Positions 39,923 through 52,592 of a stretch of 64,000 bases of DNA are shown piece by piece. The notes below the pieces were generated by a model. It searched no databases. It was not told the DNA's origin and saw only the letters and a list, made by a program, of their open reading frames with translations. This DNA comes from Octopus sinensis. Taxonomy: Eukaryota. The stretch lies in the NCBI RefSeq assembly GCF_006345805.1, contig NC_043011.1:7068001-7132000 (forward strand), given 5' to 3'. A program made the position numbers and the translations under genes. Every line of letters begins with the position of its first letter. Positions within the stretch are counted from its first letter, which is position 1.

Positions 39923-40236
39923 CTGAAGAACAGAATCAAAGACAAAGACTTTAACAGAATAAAAGAAAAATGTGTTTCGGTGTCTGCTTTTCCATTCTTA
40001 CATGGACAGGATGGCATGTGTATGGTATGATCAGCAAAAAAGTACTCCATCTGGTAAGAGATAAATATTATTTAATAAGCACAATGTATGTTTTTATGTG
40101 CTACTATTAGTTTCATGTGATGAGAGCATGCCAGGCAGTATTTTTTAACACGTCTGGTGCCCTAGCACAATCATCAAGCACTGCTCACATGGCATAAAAA
40201 AACTAAAAAAAACAATTCGTTATGCCTAATGATTGT

Positions 40237-40464
40237 TAGTTCCTTACTACCCACAAGGGGCTAAATACAGAGGGGACAAACAAGGACAGACAAAGGGATT
40301 AAGTCGATTACATTGACCCAGTGTGTAACTGGTACTTAATTTATCGACCCCGAAAGGATGAAAGGCAAAGTCGACCTCGGCGGAATTGGAACTCAGAACA
40401 TAGCAGCAGATGAAATACCACTAAGTATTTCGACCGGCGTGCTAACGTTTCTGCCAGCTCGCCA
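40237..40464 (-). mobile_element. SINE family 2 with 12-bp TSD
   Basis: cctaatgattgt at 40225-40236 and 40465-40476. Confidence 0.85.
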
Positions 40465-41010
40465 CCTAATGATTGTGCTACGGCACCAGACATGCTAAAA
40501 AGTAGTCTGGCATGCTCTCATTACATGAAACTAATAGTATTCTTTTATTTGTTTCAGTAAGCCTAGTTCTTATTCTATCGGTCTCTTTTGCCGAACCACT
40601 AAGTTACTGGGAGGTAAACACCAGCATTGTTTGTCAAGCGATGGTGGGGGGACAAACACACATACAACAATACACACACACATGTATGTATATATACACA
40701 CATATACATATATATATACACAGATATATATACACACATATATACACATACACACACACATATATATATACATGACGGGCTTCTTTCAGTTTCCGTCTAC
40801 CAAATCCACTCACAAGGCTTTGGTCGGCCCGAGGCTATTGTAGAAGATATTTGCCCAAGGTACCACACAGTGGGACTGAACCCGGAACCATGTGGTTGGA
40901 AAGCAAGCTACTTACCACACAGCCACTCCACTTATTTACATCCCTACACAAACACACACACACGCATATATACATATGTGATCTCTTGAGCACCACCAGC
41001 AAAAATATTT

Positions 41011-41182
41011 TTTTCTTCTGTCTTCCCTTCTCTGGATCTTTCCTTCTCCTATGTTTCCGACGAAGAGCTCCGCTCGAAACGTTAAACCCTCCTTCCCTTC
41101 TTTCCTGAGCGTCAAATAATACTTTATTTGTTTCACGTCCTCGCGTTGCTGTGTTTTTTTTTGTGTTTTCTTGTTTGGATTA

Positions 41183-41222
<40 letters not shown>

Positions 41223-41393
41223 TAATCCAAACAAGAAAACACAAAAAAAAACACAGCAACGCGAGGACGTGAAACAAATAAAGTATTATTTGACGCTCAG
41301 GAAAGAAGGGAAGGAGGGTTTAACGTTTCGAGCGGAGCTCTTCGTCGGAACATAGGAGAAGGAAAGATCCAGAGAAGGGAAGACAGAAGAAAA
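41011..41393. repeat. Near-perfect palindrome centred on (TA)n, Penelope pLTR-like arms
   Basis: Arms of about 175 bp, reverse-complementary apart from a 1-nt indel next to the core. Each carries a hammerhead-like motif. Confidence 0.8.
41053..41087 (+). ncRNA. Minimal hammerhead-like motif (CCGACGA core); mirror copy at 41318-41351 (-)
   Basis: GUUU-CCGACGA-A-GAGC UCC GCUC-GAAAC-GUU-AAAC. Palindromic AACGUU stem III. Confidence 0.55.
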
Positions 41394-41422
41394 TAAATCG
41401 CCAACGGTACACACGAGGTCAC

Positions 41423-41471
<49 letters not shown>

Positions 41472-42153
41472 ATATATATATATATACATATATACAACAG
41501 GCTTCTTTTAGTTTCCATCTACCAAATCCACTCACGAAGCTTTGGTTGGCCCGAGGCTATAGTAGAAGAGACTTGCCCAAGGTGCCATGCAGTGGGACTG
41601 AACCCGGAACCATGTGGTTAAGAAGCAAGCTTCTTACCACACAGCCACACATGATTAATTCAGAGCAATGTGAATAGGTATAAGCCATACATTTGACAGA
41701 GTAAATCTGTGTTGTAAAGGGCTGGTCCTTTTATTGTACACTAACAGAAAAAACAGTGTGGCCTCCTGTTCTTGTTCCTTGTTTCAGTCATTGGGTCATG
41801 CTGGAGCACTGCCTGGAATACACTCCAAGTGACCCTCCCACTCCCTCCAACCCCCTATCATTTATTTGTTTCAATGTCGGTAACATATTCTGGTTACTTT
41901 ACACTGGGGGATGTAAACAAACTAACACCAAGTGTCGAGTGATGGGAGACAAACGCACACATACACACACACACACACAGAGGATCAGACATGGCTGTGT
42001 GGTTAAGAAGCTTGTTTTGCAACCATATAGTTTTGGGTTCAGTCCTACTGCATAGCATTTTGGGCAAATGTGATATACTGTAGTCCTGGGCCAACCAAAG
42101 CCTTATCAATGATTCTAGTAAAGGAAAACTGAAAAAAGTCCGTTATATGCATA

Positions 42154-42205
<52 letters not shown>

Positions 42206-42209
<4 letters not shown>

Positions 42210-43447
42210 GTTGTCAAGAAATTTCTTGCGGTTTTTAACCTTTAAATTCAGATACACATATCTCGGCTCAAACAAAACTTTATCAATCAAAATAAACACC
42301 ATCAGAATCAACACACTTTTGCCAACGCGAAACAAGTTTCTTTATGCCAGTAGCGTAAAAATCTTGCGTTCTGGTGGCAATGAAGTCATGTTTGGCATCG
42401 TTTTGGTTTTTGAAGCATTTTTCATGCAGGGAGTTTTCGAGATTCGTTAAAAGTGGTGGTCAGTGTGCGAGAGGTCTGGTGAGTATGGTGGATAAGGCAG
42501 AGTTTTGTAGCCCAATTCATGCAACTTCTGCAGGGTCATTTGTGCGACGTGCAGCTGAGCATTGTCATGGAAAAGAATTGGTCCTTTTCTATTGACCAAT
42601 GCTGGCTGTTGTTGTCGGAGTTTCTTATGCATTTCATCCATTTGCTGACAGTACTTCTCCGCCGTAATGGTTTCGCCTGGATCCCAAAAGCTGTGGTGGA
42701 TGAGACCAGCCGCACACTACCAAACAGTTACCATGACCTTCTTTTGGTGCAACTTTGGCTTCGGGAAGTGCCATGGAACTTCGTCGGCGTCCAACCACTG
42801 GACTGAGCATTGTTGGTTGTCGTAAAGAATCCACTTTTCATCGCAAGTCACGATCCAATCGAGAAATGGATCATTCTTGTTGTGTAAAAGAAGGGAAGAT
42901 GACACTTCAAAACGGCGTTTTTTTGGTTGTCATTCAATTCGTGTGGTACCTATTTCTCAAGTATTTTTGTTTTTCCAATCTCTTTCAAGTGGTTGAAAAT
43001 TGTCGTATACGTTATGTCTAATTCAGAAGCAAGCTCTCGTACAGTTGTGCGTGGAGTGGCTTCCACTAAGGCTTTTAGTTGATCGTTGTCAACATCCGAT
43101 GGCCGACCACTATGCTTATCATCTTCAAGACTTGTGCTGTACGTTCATTAGTGGTTCCTGGGCCACACGCATCGTTGATATCGCGGGCTGTTTCAGCAGC
43201 TTTTCGGTCTAGCTTGAACTGGAATAAGAAAATTGTGTGAATTTGCTTTTTGTCCATGTTGTATTCAACATTCCGGAAAAAAATGCCCTAATTATTCAAA
43301 AAGAAAAAGATTAACACGATTAGATAGAGCGAAAAACGGGCTTTAAAATGATATATAAAGTCAAAGTAATTTAACAAAAATTAATTTTAAAATACGTAAT
43401 TTAAAACCAAAATTAAAAATTCCACAAGAACTTTCTTGACACCCTAA
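42206..43447 (-). mobile_element. Near-full-length degenerate mariner transposon
   Basis: Imperfect TIRs of about 30 bp with TA on both sides. Transposase fragments [40 protein letters not shown] across broken frames. Confidence 0.92.
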
Positions 43448-44142
43448 TATATATCAAAATCGATCAACATCAATGGAAATTGTAGCTGTGATACCAGTGC
43501 TGGTGGCACGTAAGAGAACCATCCAAACGTGGCTGTTGCCAGCGATGTCCCAACTGGCCTCCGTGCTGGTGGCACGTAAAAAGCACCCACTACACTCATG
43601 GAGTGGTTGGCGTTAGGAAGGGCATCCAGCTGTAGAAACACTGCCAGATCACACTGGGCCTGGTGCAGCCTTCTGGCTTCCCAGACCCCAGTTGAACCGT
43701 CCAACCCATGCTAGCATGGAAAGCGGACGTTAAACGATGAAGATGATGATATAGCGAGAGAGAGAGAGAGAGAGATGCACATGGACTTCTCAGTCTACAC
43801 ATGCACACACACACATACACTCACACACACTCTTCTCACATACACACACATGCTAGTGCACCTCTTGTTGGGATCACCATGAATTATCTCCCTTTCATTC
43901 AACCTCTCTCTTTATTATTATCTCCCTTGCAATCAACCTCTTTTTTTTTTACCCCCCAAGTTGGACCCCTGAACTCAATACTTTTTTTCATTCTCTCTCT
44001 ACTTATTTCCTCTTATTCCTTTCTGTTGAAGAGAATAGGCTCGAAACGTAAATGACTTCCATTTTGCCCGAGCATCAAACTAATACACTTGCTTGTTATT
44101 CCTACACCTGTCTTCACCTTTTGTTTTTCTATAAATTTGAAC

Positions 44143-44553
44143 TATATATATATATATATATAAAAGTGAGGTTGTGTGCTGTTTGTCTCCTACAATTTAG
44201 ATTCCTAACTACTCTCACATTTTGCGGTGCAGTTTAACCAAAAGCAGGTATCTTATAGTCGTGATTCATATTGAGCCCTTCTGGGTATTAGCGCGCGTCT
44301 ATGATGAGTCTACGATTTAAAAAAAAATTTACCATAATTTTTCCGCATTTTTAATGCATTTTTGCTCGGTTTATATACGGGAAGTAACTCTCTAAAAATG
44401 TATTATTAAATCTCAGAATGTAAAAAGCTACAGTAACATCCTCCCCCCTTTGTGGTTAGCCATATTGAGATGGCTATTATACTTTACATCTCTAAAAATG
44501 CTTATATAGTTATTTCCCTTACAAACCCAAGCAACGCCGGGCGATACTGCTAG
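44143..44553 (+). mobile_element. Non-autonomous Helitron/HINE-like element, same family as 29132
   Basis: Colinear with 29132-29531, same hairpin and CTAG|T end. Confidence 0.75.
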
Positions 44554-45109
44554 TATATATATATATATATATATTTATATGTGTGTGTGTGTTTGTCCCC
44601 TCACCATCACTCGGCAACCGGTGTTAGAGTGTTTACGTACCTGTAATTTAGCAGTTCAGCTTACAAAGAATAAGTCTTGGGTCAATTTCTTTGAGCAAAA
44701 CCCTTTAAGGTGACGCTCCAGCTTGGCCACAGTCAACTGACTGAAACAAGCAAAAGAATAACTCATAGCTTTGAGATTTCAACAACGTGGTTATTTTTAG
44801 AAATGACATTGTCAGGTAGGTGTGAGAGGCTGGACCTGGCTGGTTTGAACATGAGACAGGGAGATTATCTGGGCTGGATATGTGCCTGTTTCAGCTTTTT
44901 TAGTATCTTTTACTTGTTTCAGTGATTTGACTGTGGCCATGCTGGAGCACCACCTTGAAGAATATATTGTCTAATGTATGGACCCTAGTATTTATTTCTT
45001 TTCATGAGCCTGGTTCTTATTCCATCGGTCTCTTTTGTTGAGCTGCTAAGTTACAGGGATGTAGACACACCAACACAGGTTGTCAAGTGGTGGGGTGGCG
45101 ACAAACACA

Positions 45110-45335
45110 TACACGCAAACACACACATACATACACATACACACACGCACATACATACACGCACACATACATACACATACATACATATACACACACACAA
45201 ACACATACATACACGCACATGCATACACACATACATACACACACACACATACATACACACATACACACACACATACATACACATACATACACACATACAC
45301 TCACACATACATACACACACACATACTTACATCTA
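45110..45335. repeat. Compound (CA)n/(CATA)n microsatellite inside a SINE
   Basis: Direct reading. Confidence 0.9.
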
Positions 45336-45782
45336 CTCACATGGCTTTGGTCGGCCTAAGGTTAGAATAGAAGATACTTGCCCAAGATGCCACATGGCAG
45401 AACTGAACCCAGAACCATGTGGTTGGGAAGCAAGCTTCTTACCACAAAGCCACAATATTAATCATTGAGTTCCATTGTGTTGGTAAAGAAGTGGAAAGAA
45501 AATTTATTAAATGTTTTACCTTTTATTTCAGTCATTTGACTGTGGCCATGCTGGGGCACCACCTTGAAAGGTTTCTGTCAAACAAATCAACCTTAGTATT
45601 GTTTATTTTTTAAAATCTATCACACTTTTTGAGGAAGCTGCTACGTTAGGGAATGTAAACAAACCAACACGGCTTGTCAAGTGATGCAGGGTTGGGTGGT
45701 GAGTGAAAAGACAGGCACAAAGGAACGCACACAATTATATATATACATAATCAAAATAAGCAACAAGGATATCCAAGGTAAT

Positions 45783-45868
45783 GTGGTATGATCGTTTCAT
45801 GCTACTTCATTTTATTACACACTGTAAGCATTACATCAGTTTTAAAATGTCGAGCAATCTTCAGCCAC
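45783..45868 (-). ncRNA. Hammerhead-like motif, long stem II, one stem III mismatch
   Basis: GUGG-CUGAAGA-U-UGCU...AGCA-U-GAAAC-GAUC-AUA-CCAC. Stem I GUGG/CCAC. Confidence 0.55.
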
Positions 45869-46626
45869 CTTTAGAAATTTTCCAAACGACCGGACAATGC
45901 ACATTCTTATCCCTAATTCATTTGCCAACATATGACTTAAGTACCATATTCATCTGAATCTAAATTTTGCTGTGTGTGGTAAGTAGCTTGCTAACCAACC
46001 ACATGGTTTCGGGTTCAGTCCCACTGCGTGGCATCTTGGGCAAGTGTCTTCTGCTATAGCCCCGGGCCGACCAATGCCTTGTGACTGGATTTGGTAGACG
46101 GAAACTGAAAGAAGCCTGTCGTATATATGTGTATATATATATATATAAGTGTGTGTGTATATGTTTGTGTGTCTGTGTTTGTCCCCCTAGCATTGCTTGA
46201 CAACCGATGCTGGTGTGTTTACGTCCCCGTCACTTAGCGGTTCGGCAAAAGAGACCGATAGAATAAGTACTGGGCTCACAAAGAATAAGTCCCGGGGTCG
46301 ATTTGCTCGACTAAAGGCGGTGCTCCAGCATGGCCGCAGTCAAATGACTGAAACAAGTAAAAGAGTAAAGAGCATATATATATATATATATACACACACA
46401 CATACACACAACAGGCTTCCACACAGTTTATGTCTAACAAATTACTCGCCCTTACCCAAGGTGAAGTGTTGTGCTGTGGGACTAAGCCCCAAGACTATTG
46501 GCTGGTAATATGAGTTTCTTAATCACAAAGCCATGCTTGCTGGTAGAGAAGAAATTCCAAGAAATGTTTTAGATATATTTTCCAAAACAAAAAATTTTTT
46601 TGGGGGTCATTATTATTCCTCCTTAC

Positions 46627-46742
46627 CTTTCGATGAACATCAGTTTCGCAGAGGATCGATATAATCAACAAGATGGTCGACTTCATTTCATTGGTTATAG
46701 TGATGCTGGGACCGATCTCCATCAGGGATAAAGCCAGCATGG
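46627..46742 (-). CDS. CFAP69: CFAP69 exon, (S)MLALSLMEIG...ILLIISILCETDVHRK
   Basis: caatag / gtaagg, phase 1 to 0. ILLIxSxLCExxxxRK motif. Confidence 0.85.
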
Positions 46743-47449
46743 CTATTGAAATACAAGTACAGACAACAACAGACATAATGAAAATGAAGTGATTTCATTT
46801 CAGGGATTACAGGATTTTCATCAAATAAACGGATTACACACGTCACCCTGAAACAGTTACGCATCACCACCAGGACCACCATTTTAATGTCTCCTTTTCG
46901 GCATCCCCAGGGGTCAAAGGGAATTTGTTGAGACAGATTTTTCTACAACTGGATGGACGCTCTTCCTGTCACTAAACCTAACCTTGCTTCCAAGCAAGGT
47001 AATATTTCCCTGTGCCCAGACATTTCCACAAAAGAGTGGAAAGGAAGGACATTGCCTGTGTGATGGTGATACATGTTGACAACTGTCATGTGATGTCATG
47101 GCAACAAGACACTATCTCTCTCCCTCACACACACACACATACATACATACATTTACGATGGGCTTCTTACCGTTTCTGTCAGCCTGTGGCTATAGAAGAA
47201 GACCTTTACCTAAGTGGGAATGAACCTTAAACCATGAGGTTAAGAAGCAAACTTGCCTATCAACCTCAGTCTCACTACAGCCCTTCATCATCTGACACAA
47301 GATCACCTCCTCGCAAATGACTTTTATCTTGGTGACCCTCTCAGTGCAGGTGTCACTAAAAAAAGCATCCAGTCCACACTGTAAAGTGGTTGGCATTAGG
47401 AAGGGCATCCAGCTGTAAAAATCCTACCAAAACAGTCACAGAAAACTGG

Positions 47450-47720
47450 TTCAGGCTTCTGCATGACCATCTCCAGGCAATTCCAAGGTAGTAGAGTCCA
47501 GTTTGCTGGACATTGGTTGTAGAGCTGAAAACGAGGTAATTTCTACTCTTCTCCTCTGGAAGCCATCTGCTCGCGATACCAGAGGGCACACACTCTCCTA
47601 CCCAGATGTAATCTCCAGGGATACAGGCATCCAGCAACGGGAACTCCGTAATGCTATGATGGACCGTGAAGTCTGGCGTAACATAGTAAATTCCATTGTC
47701 TCGACCACGGTTGAACCTGG
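47450..47720 (+). mobile_element. LINE 3' end, second family; inverted copy at about 1075-1265
   Basis: LSYPDVISRDTGIQ..ELRNAMMDREVWRNIV peptide, typical of RTE-like C-termini. Two dispersed copies. Confidence 0.65.
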
Positions 47721-48049
47721 CAAACTGTCCCACCCAAGCCAGTATGGAAGGCAGATATTAAAAGATTATGATTGACTGATTGATTGATGGATGTATGCAT
47801 GCATGTATGTTCATTCGTTCAGTTTCTCTCTACCAAATCCACTCACAAAGCTTTGGCTGGTCTGATGCTACAGTAGAAGACATTTGCCCAAGGTGCCACA
47901 CAGTGGGACTGAACCCAGAACCCTGTGAATGGGAAACAAACTTCTTACCACACAGCCATGCTTTCCTTAACTCAAAAACCAAAATGGAATAAATAAGGTT
48001 CTGTCAATGGAACCATTTTGGTGCTTCCAAACTTACATGAGATACTTAC

Positions 48050-48214
48050 AGACTATCAGGTTGATAATTCCTTGGTCTACAAACTCTCTCAAAATCTCTT
48101 TCTCTCTCGTAGCTATCATATTAAATATCAGTCTTAAACAGAGTCTCGTTTGGGCAACCTTAGTACCACGGCTTCCTTCTCCAAGATAACTGTTGCCATG
48201 TCCCTTAAAATTAC
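48050..48214 (-). CDS. CFAP69: CFAP69 exon, (S)NFKGHGNSYLGEGSRGTKVAQTRLCLRL...DQGIINLIV
   Basis: tttcag / gtaagt, phase 1 to 1. HGNSxxGxGxRGxKxAQ motif. Confidence 0.9.
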
Positions 48215-48816
48215 CTGAAATGAAAAGAAAACATTTAAATAAAAATGAGGACTCTGCCCCCACGCTCCACCTCCATCAGAAGTTGGAAATGGCAAACAAG
48301 CCCCAAAACCCTAATATTTTGTGGGATACAAAACAATGGCAAATAGAGTGTAAACATTGAAACATCATCATGGTCTTTCCAAATCCTGTTCCATTTCAGA
48401 GAATTATTGGCACTCCAAAGTTGTCTTAATGTACAAGTTGACCTACTATTTTGGGTTGCAAATTTTGGCCTAAAAATTCGATTTCTGCCAGAAAATATGT
48501 TGGCTTTTTTTTTTTCATTTCTTTTTTTAATATTTTTTTTTGGCTTGCTTTATTCATTGCATCCGTAATTATGAGAATGCAAGAAAATTCCAGCAGAATA
48601 TTCTTTTAGTCTTTTGTTTCAGTCATTTGACTGTGGCCATGCTGGAGCACTGCCTTTAGGCAAATCGACCCCAGGACTTATTCTTTGTAAGCCTAGTACT
48701 TATTCTATCAGTCTCTTTTGCCGAACCGCTAAGTTACGGGGACATAAACACACCAGCATCAGTTGTCAAGCGATGTTGGGCAGACAAACACAGACACACA
48801 AATGTATACACACACA

Positions 48817-48855
<39 letters not shown>

Positions 48856-49508
48856 GATGGGCTTCTTTCAGTTTCCGTCTACCGAATCCACTCCACTCAC
48901 AAGGATTTGGTCAGCCCGAGGCTATAGTAGAAGACACTTGCCTAAGGTGCCATGCAGTAGGACTGAACCCGGAAACATGTGGTAATTTACTGTGTAATGC
49001 AACAAATGGCAATCAAATATCATGCCATGTTACATGCAACAGCTAAATGTGCTACTTAACATGTAGCAGTTAAATGGGCTGCATCACATGTGGCAACTAA
49101 AATATACCACCTCACATGTCAAACATTACACCTTACAGGCAGCAATCAAGCATGTTACACATTGATGCCAAACATGTAGCAATGTCACTAGCCATTTAAC
49201 ATGTGGCAACTAGGTATGAACACTACAAACACACATGCAGCTGTCAAATCTATGTCAAACCTGGTTCAATACCAAACATGTCACATGCAGCAACAAAACC
49301 AGTTGCTTAACACGTAGCAATCAGATATGCACCCATTAAATATTCAGTAGTCAAACCATTTACCTTACATGTGACAAATCAGTCATCTAATGTGTGAGAA
49401 ACATGCCATCTAACCTGTGGCTGTTATGTGAAATGCTACATGTGATATCTAACATGTGAAATACATCTGTGGCAAAAGTGAGTCTAAGAAATGTGAGGTA
49501 ATACTTAC

Positions 49509-49728
49509 TTTTAGTGATACACCATTCCAACAATAACAAAATCCGAGTGGTCCCACTGTAAGCCATGAAGCTGTCCAAGAGGAGGGGGCACACAATACAC
49601 ATGCAAGACAGAACATGGAGCTGCATCTCTTCATATTCCGAAGGTGACCATCCCATATCAGATGTATCAGTCTCAATGTTGTGGATATAGAAAAACAGGC
49701 CACGAAGCAAGTGACCACAACAGAGAAG
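49509..49728 (-). CDS. CFAP69: CFAP69 exon, LLCCGHLLRGLFFY...WSPSEYEEMQLHVL...RILLLLEWCITK
   Basis: ccgtag / gtaagt, phase 0 to 1. WSxxxxEExQLH and LEWC motifs. Confidence 0.9.
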
Positions 49729-50739
49729 CTACGGAGAAAATAAGGAATTTGTTATTGAAAAATAAATCATAAATTGACACAAATTACAAATTCCTCTTCT
49801 GACTCACAGGAATTGACCAGCAGCTGTTCAAAATAAACCTTGGCCTGACCAGTCTTGGCATGATTGGTGAAAGTGATAAACACACACACAGTCACTGCCT
49901 CAAGAGCAAGAATCATAAAAAATAAATGCCAAAACCTAAACATCATTTCAAAGTTGATGCCTTTCGTCTATTCCGATCAACACCCTTCATGCAACTTCAC
50001 ATCAGATAAACATGCAAAAATATAATTTCTCACCAAGGTTTCAAACAATGAAGAGGGTACCTGAAGACAACAATTAGTAAGATTATTTTGGATTTCAAAT
50101 TGAGATCCGATCCCTGTGGAGATGTCTGCTGTGGAAACTGAAACTAATTGACAATCTCCACATCAAATGTCTGTGATAACCCAACACGGTTAGCTTCTGT
50201 TCTCAATAACATGGGATCTTCACTGACTGCAACTAACTCAATTCATCACAGAAAAATGTTGGCACTGGTACAAGTACATATCTACTGCTGTTGTTGTTGT
50301 TGTTGTTAAGCAACAAGACGGATAAGGGTGATTAGGTGATGGTCTAGGGCTTAGGGGCAGGAGACCCCAGACCTTGGAAAAAAAAAAAACTTTGGTCGTC
50401 TTGTAGTTGAGGGCTCTTCGTTGATGCCCAACACCACTGGGAGGTGGCCCTCAAAGTCGCTGGAAATGGAGATCTCCAGGTCCAAATTCTTGGATGGCTA
50501 CTGCTGGACTGTCTGGTCCCTTCAACAAATGAGGGTTCACCAAGATATAGTTTGCTGGCATCAGAAATGTGGGAATTTTAAGTGCAATTCTGCCAACACA
50601 AAACCGTCTTCAAAAAAGAACTTTCATTTTGACCAAGTTATGGAGGTACGTGCTTGATTAACAGGAAGTGTGCCATTCTCAACCATACAATAATATCAAC
50701 AACATTGGTCAGCAGATTCAAAAGATTGGTTCCACTTAC

Positions 50740-50861
50740 CGGTAATGATGCCGATTCTTGACTAAGAGAACACAGAATGCAATAAAGAAGTTTCTTCATC
50801 TCAAAATCTTCATAACATTTCGTTAACTTGATATCTTTAGCAAAAGGAGAAAGCGTTTTCA
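50740..50861 (-). CDS. CFAP69: CFAP69 exon, (V)KTLSPFAKDIKLTKCYEDFEMKKLLYCILCSLSQESASLP
   Basis: cttcag / gtaagt, phase 1 to 0. YEDFExKKLL motif. Confidence 0.9.
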
Positions 50862-51258
50862 CTGAAGAAAGAAAAAAAGGAGAAGGATGGACAAAGAAAC
50901 AACAAGTTAAATAAAAAAATTTTAAAAAAAGACTGATACTCAGTCAGATATGGTAATCCAAGTTGATCCGATCAATGGAACAGCCAGCTCATGAAATTAA
51001 TGTGCAAGTGGCTGAGTATTCCTGATGCACGTACCTTTGACGTAGTTCTCGGGGAGACTCAGTGACACAGAACATGACAATACTGGCCCCCTTTGAGTTA
51101 CTGGTACAACTCATTTTTGCCAGCTGAGTGGACTGGAGCAATAAAGTGAAATAGAGTGTCTTGCTCAAGGACACACTGTACCCCTGGGAATTGATCCTAT
51201 GACCATGAATTAAGTATCCCAACCACAAAGAATGAAAGGAAGAGCAAAGCAACTTTAC

Positions 51259-51434
51259 CTTCTGGATGAATTGCAAAGGCAACGAGTTGTCGCAGGAATC
51301 CAGTCTCTATGAATGGAGCGTTTGGGTTGCGGGATGCGATGAGAGAGATGATGAAGAGAATGTCGTTTCGAAGCTGCCGCTCAGCATGTGTATAACCTTC
51401 CTTCAACAGACACACAAACGTATCCTTCAGCTTG
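51259..51434 (-). CDS. CFAP69: CFAP69 exon, KLKDTFVCLLKEGYTHAERQLRNDILFIISLIASRNPNAPFIETGFLRQLVAFAIHPE
   Basis: tttcag / gtaaag, phase 2 to 1. RQLRNDIL and APxIExGF motifs match recalled CFAP69. Confidence 0.9.
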
Positions 51435-51902
51435 CTGAAATAACATTAACAAATACTAAGCCAAGTGAAATCGCAGCCGTGGCTGATGCCAAGTGGCACG
51501 TGAAAAGCATCATTCGAACGTTGAGCCTCGTGGAGGCAGTGACAGGTGGCCGAGATCTTTGGTCAAGCCAAGTGAGATTGCAATTGTGGTTGATGCCAGT
51601 GTTACATTACTGGCACCCACTCCACTCTTGGAGTGGTTGGCATCCAGCTGTAGAAAGCAAGCCAAATCAGATTGGAACCTGGTGTAGCTCCCCAGTTTAC
51701 CAGTTCTATCAAATCATCCAACCCATGCCAGCATGAAAAACAGATGTTACATGGTGATGATGAAAAAATAAAAGGGGTTATGCACTATCACATATAAAGG
51801 GCTTCTTACAGTTTCCATCTACCTAATTTACTGACAAGGCACTGATGGGCCCAAAGCTATGGCAGAAGATACTTGCACAAGGTGCCACATCTCAAGGAAG
51901 GC

Positions 51903-51992
51903 AGGGTCAGATAGACAAGGGTCAGATAGACAAGGGTCAGATAGACAAGGGTCAGATAGACAAGGGTCAGATAGACAAGGGTCAGATAGACA
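51903..51992. repeat. Perfect minisatellite, 6 x 15 bp (agggtcagatagaca)
   Basis: Six exact copies. Explains the DRQGS/VYLTL repeats in the ORF track. Confidence 0.95.
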
Positions 51993-52365
51993 AGACAATC
52001 TTGCTTGCAAACTAAATTTAGATGTAGAGCCAAGCCAAAGAGAGAAATCTTACCTTTGGCTGCAACACCTGTTCCTGCATTTAAGTGAATAAATAACGTA
52101 CCAGAGACCAGAGGAATAAAAGAGTCCTGAACATTCTTCCTCAAGGGATATACTAAACACACATATACAAAGGGATACTGGAAAGTTCCTGGTTTTAAGG
52201 GTGTTGTGAAAGACCTGGTTGGAGGACCAACCTTCTGAGTTCTTTTACAGGGCTTAGAAAAACAGAAGGACCACTGCAATAAGTGTGTGTATCCAGCTTT
52301 ATGAAACTCACAACAAAAGGTTTTGATAGAGTTTCAGTTAATAAGGTCATGGCTTAACTCTAATG

Positions 52366-52584
52366 CAGTGGTTTTCAACCAGGGTTCCACGGAACCTTAG
52401 GGTTCCACCAGTACAGTCCAGGGGTTCCGCTAGAAGTTACAAAAATGCTAAAATTGACAGTAATTTTTAATTCTCCTGTGCAGATATGTGTGCATAAGAC
52501 AATTAAATTATTGCACAGAGGTTCCTCGAGCCAGTGGAATGTTTCCTTGGGGTTCCGCTCCAGTAAAAAGGTTGAAAAGCACTG
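52366..52584. mobile_element. hAT-type MITE, second copy
   Basis: Same family, perfect 8-bp TSD ctctaatg. Confidence 0.9.
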
Positions 52585-52592
52585 CTCTAATG

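Noticed and set aside
45004-45468. Long His/Thr- and Cys/Val-rich ORFs (also 7922-8194, 34389-34936)
   Set aside because: Open frames caused by dinucleotide and tetranucleotide microsatellites.
48031-48037. Second GTAAGT donor 13 nt downstream of the exon 48050 donor
   Set aside because: Its use would shift the frame relative to the next exon, and there is no evidence it is used.
51857-52092. Repeat proteins (DRQGS)n / (VYLTL)n
   Set aside because: Translations of the 15-bp minisatellite.
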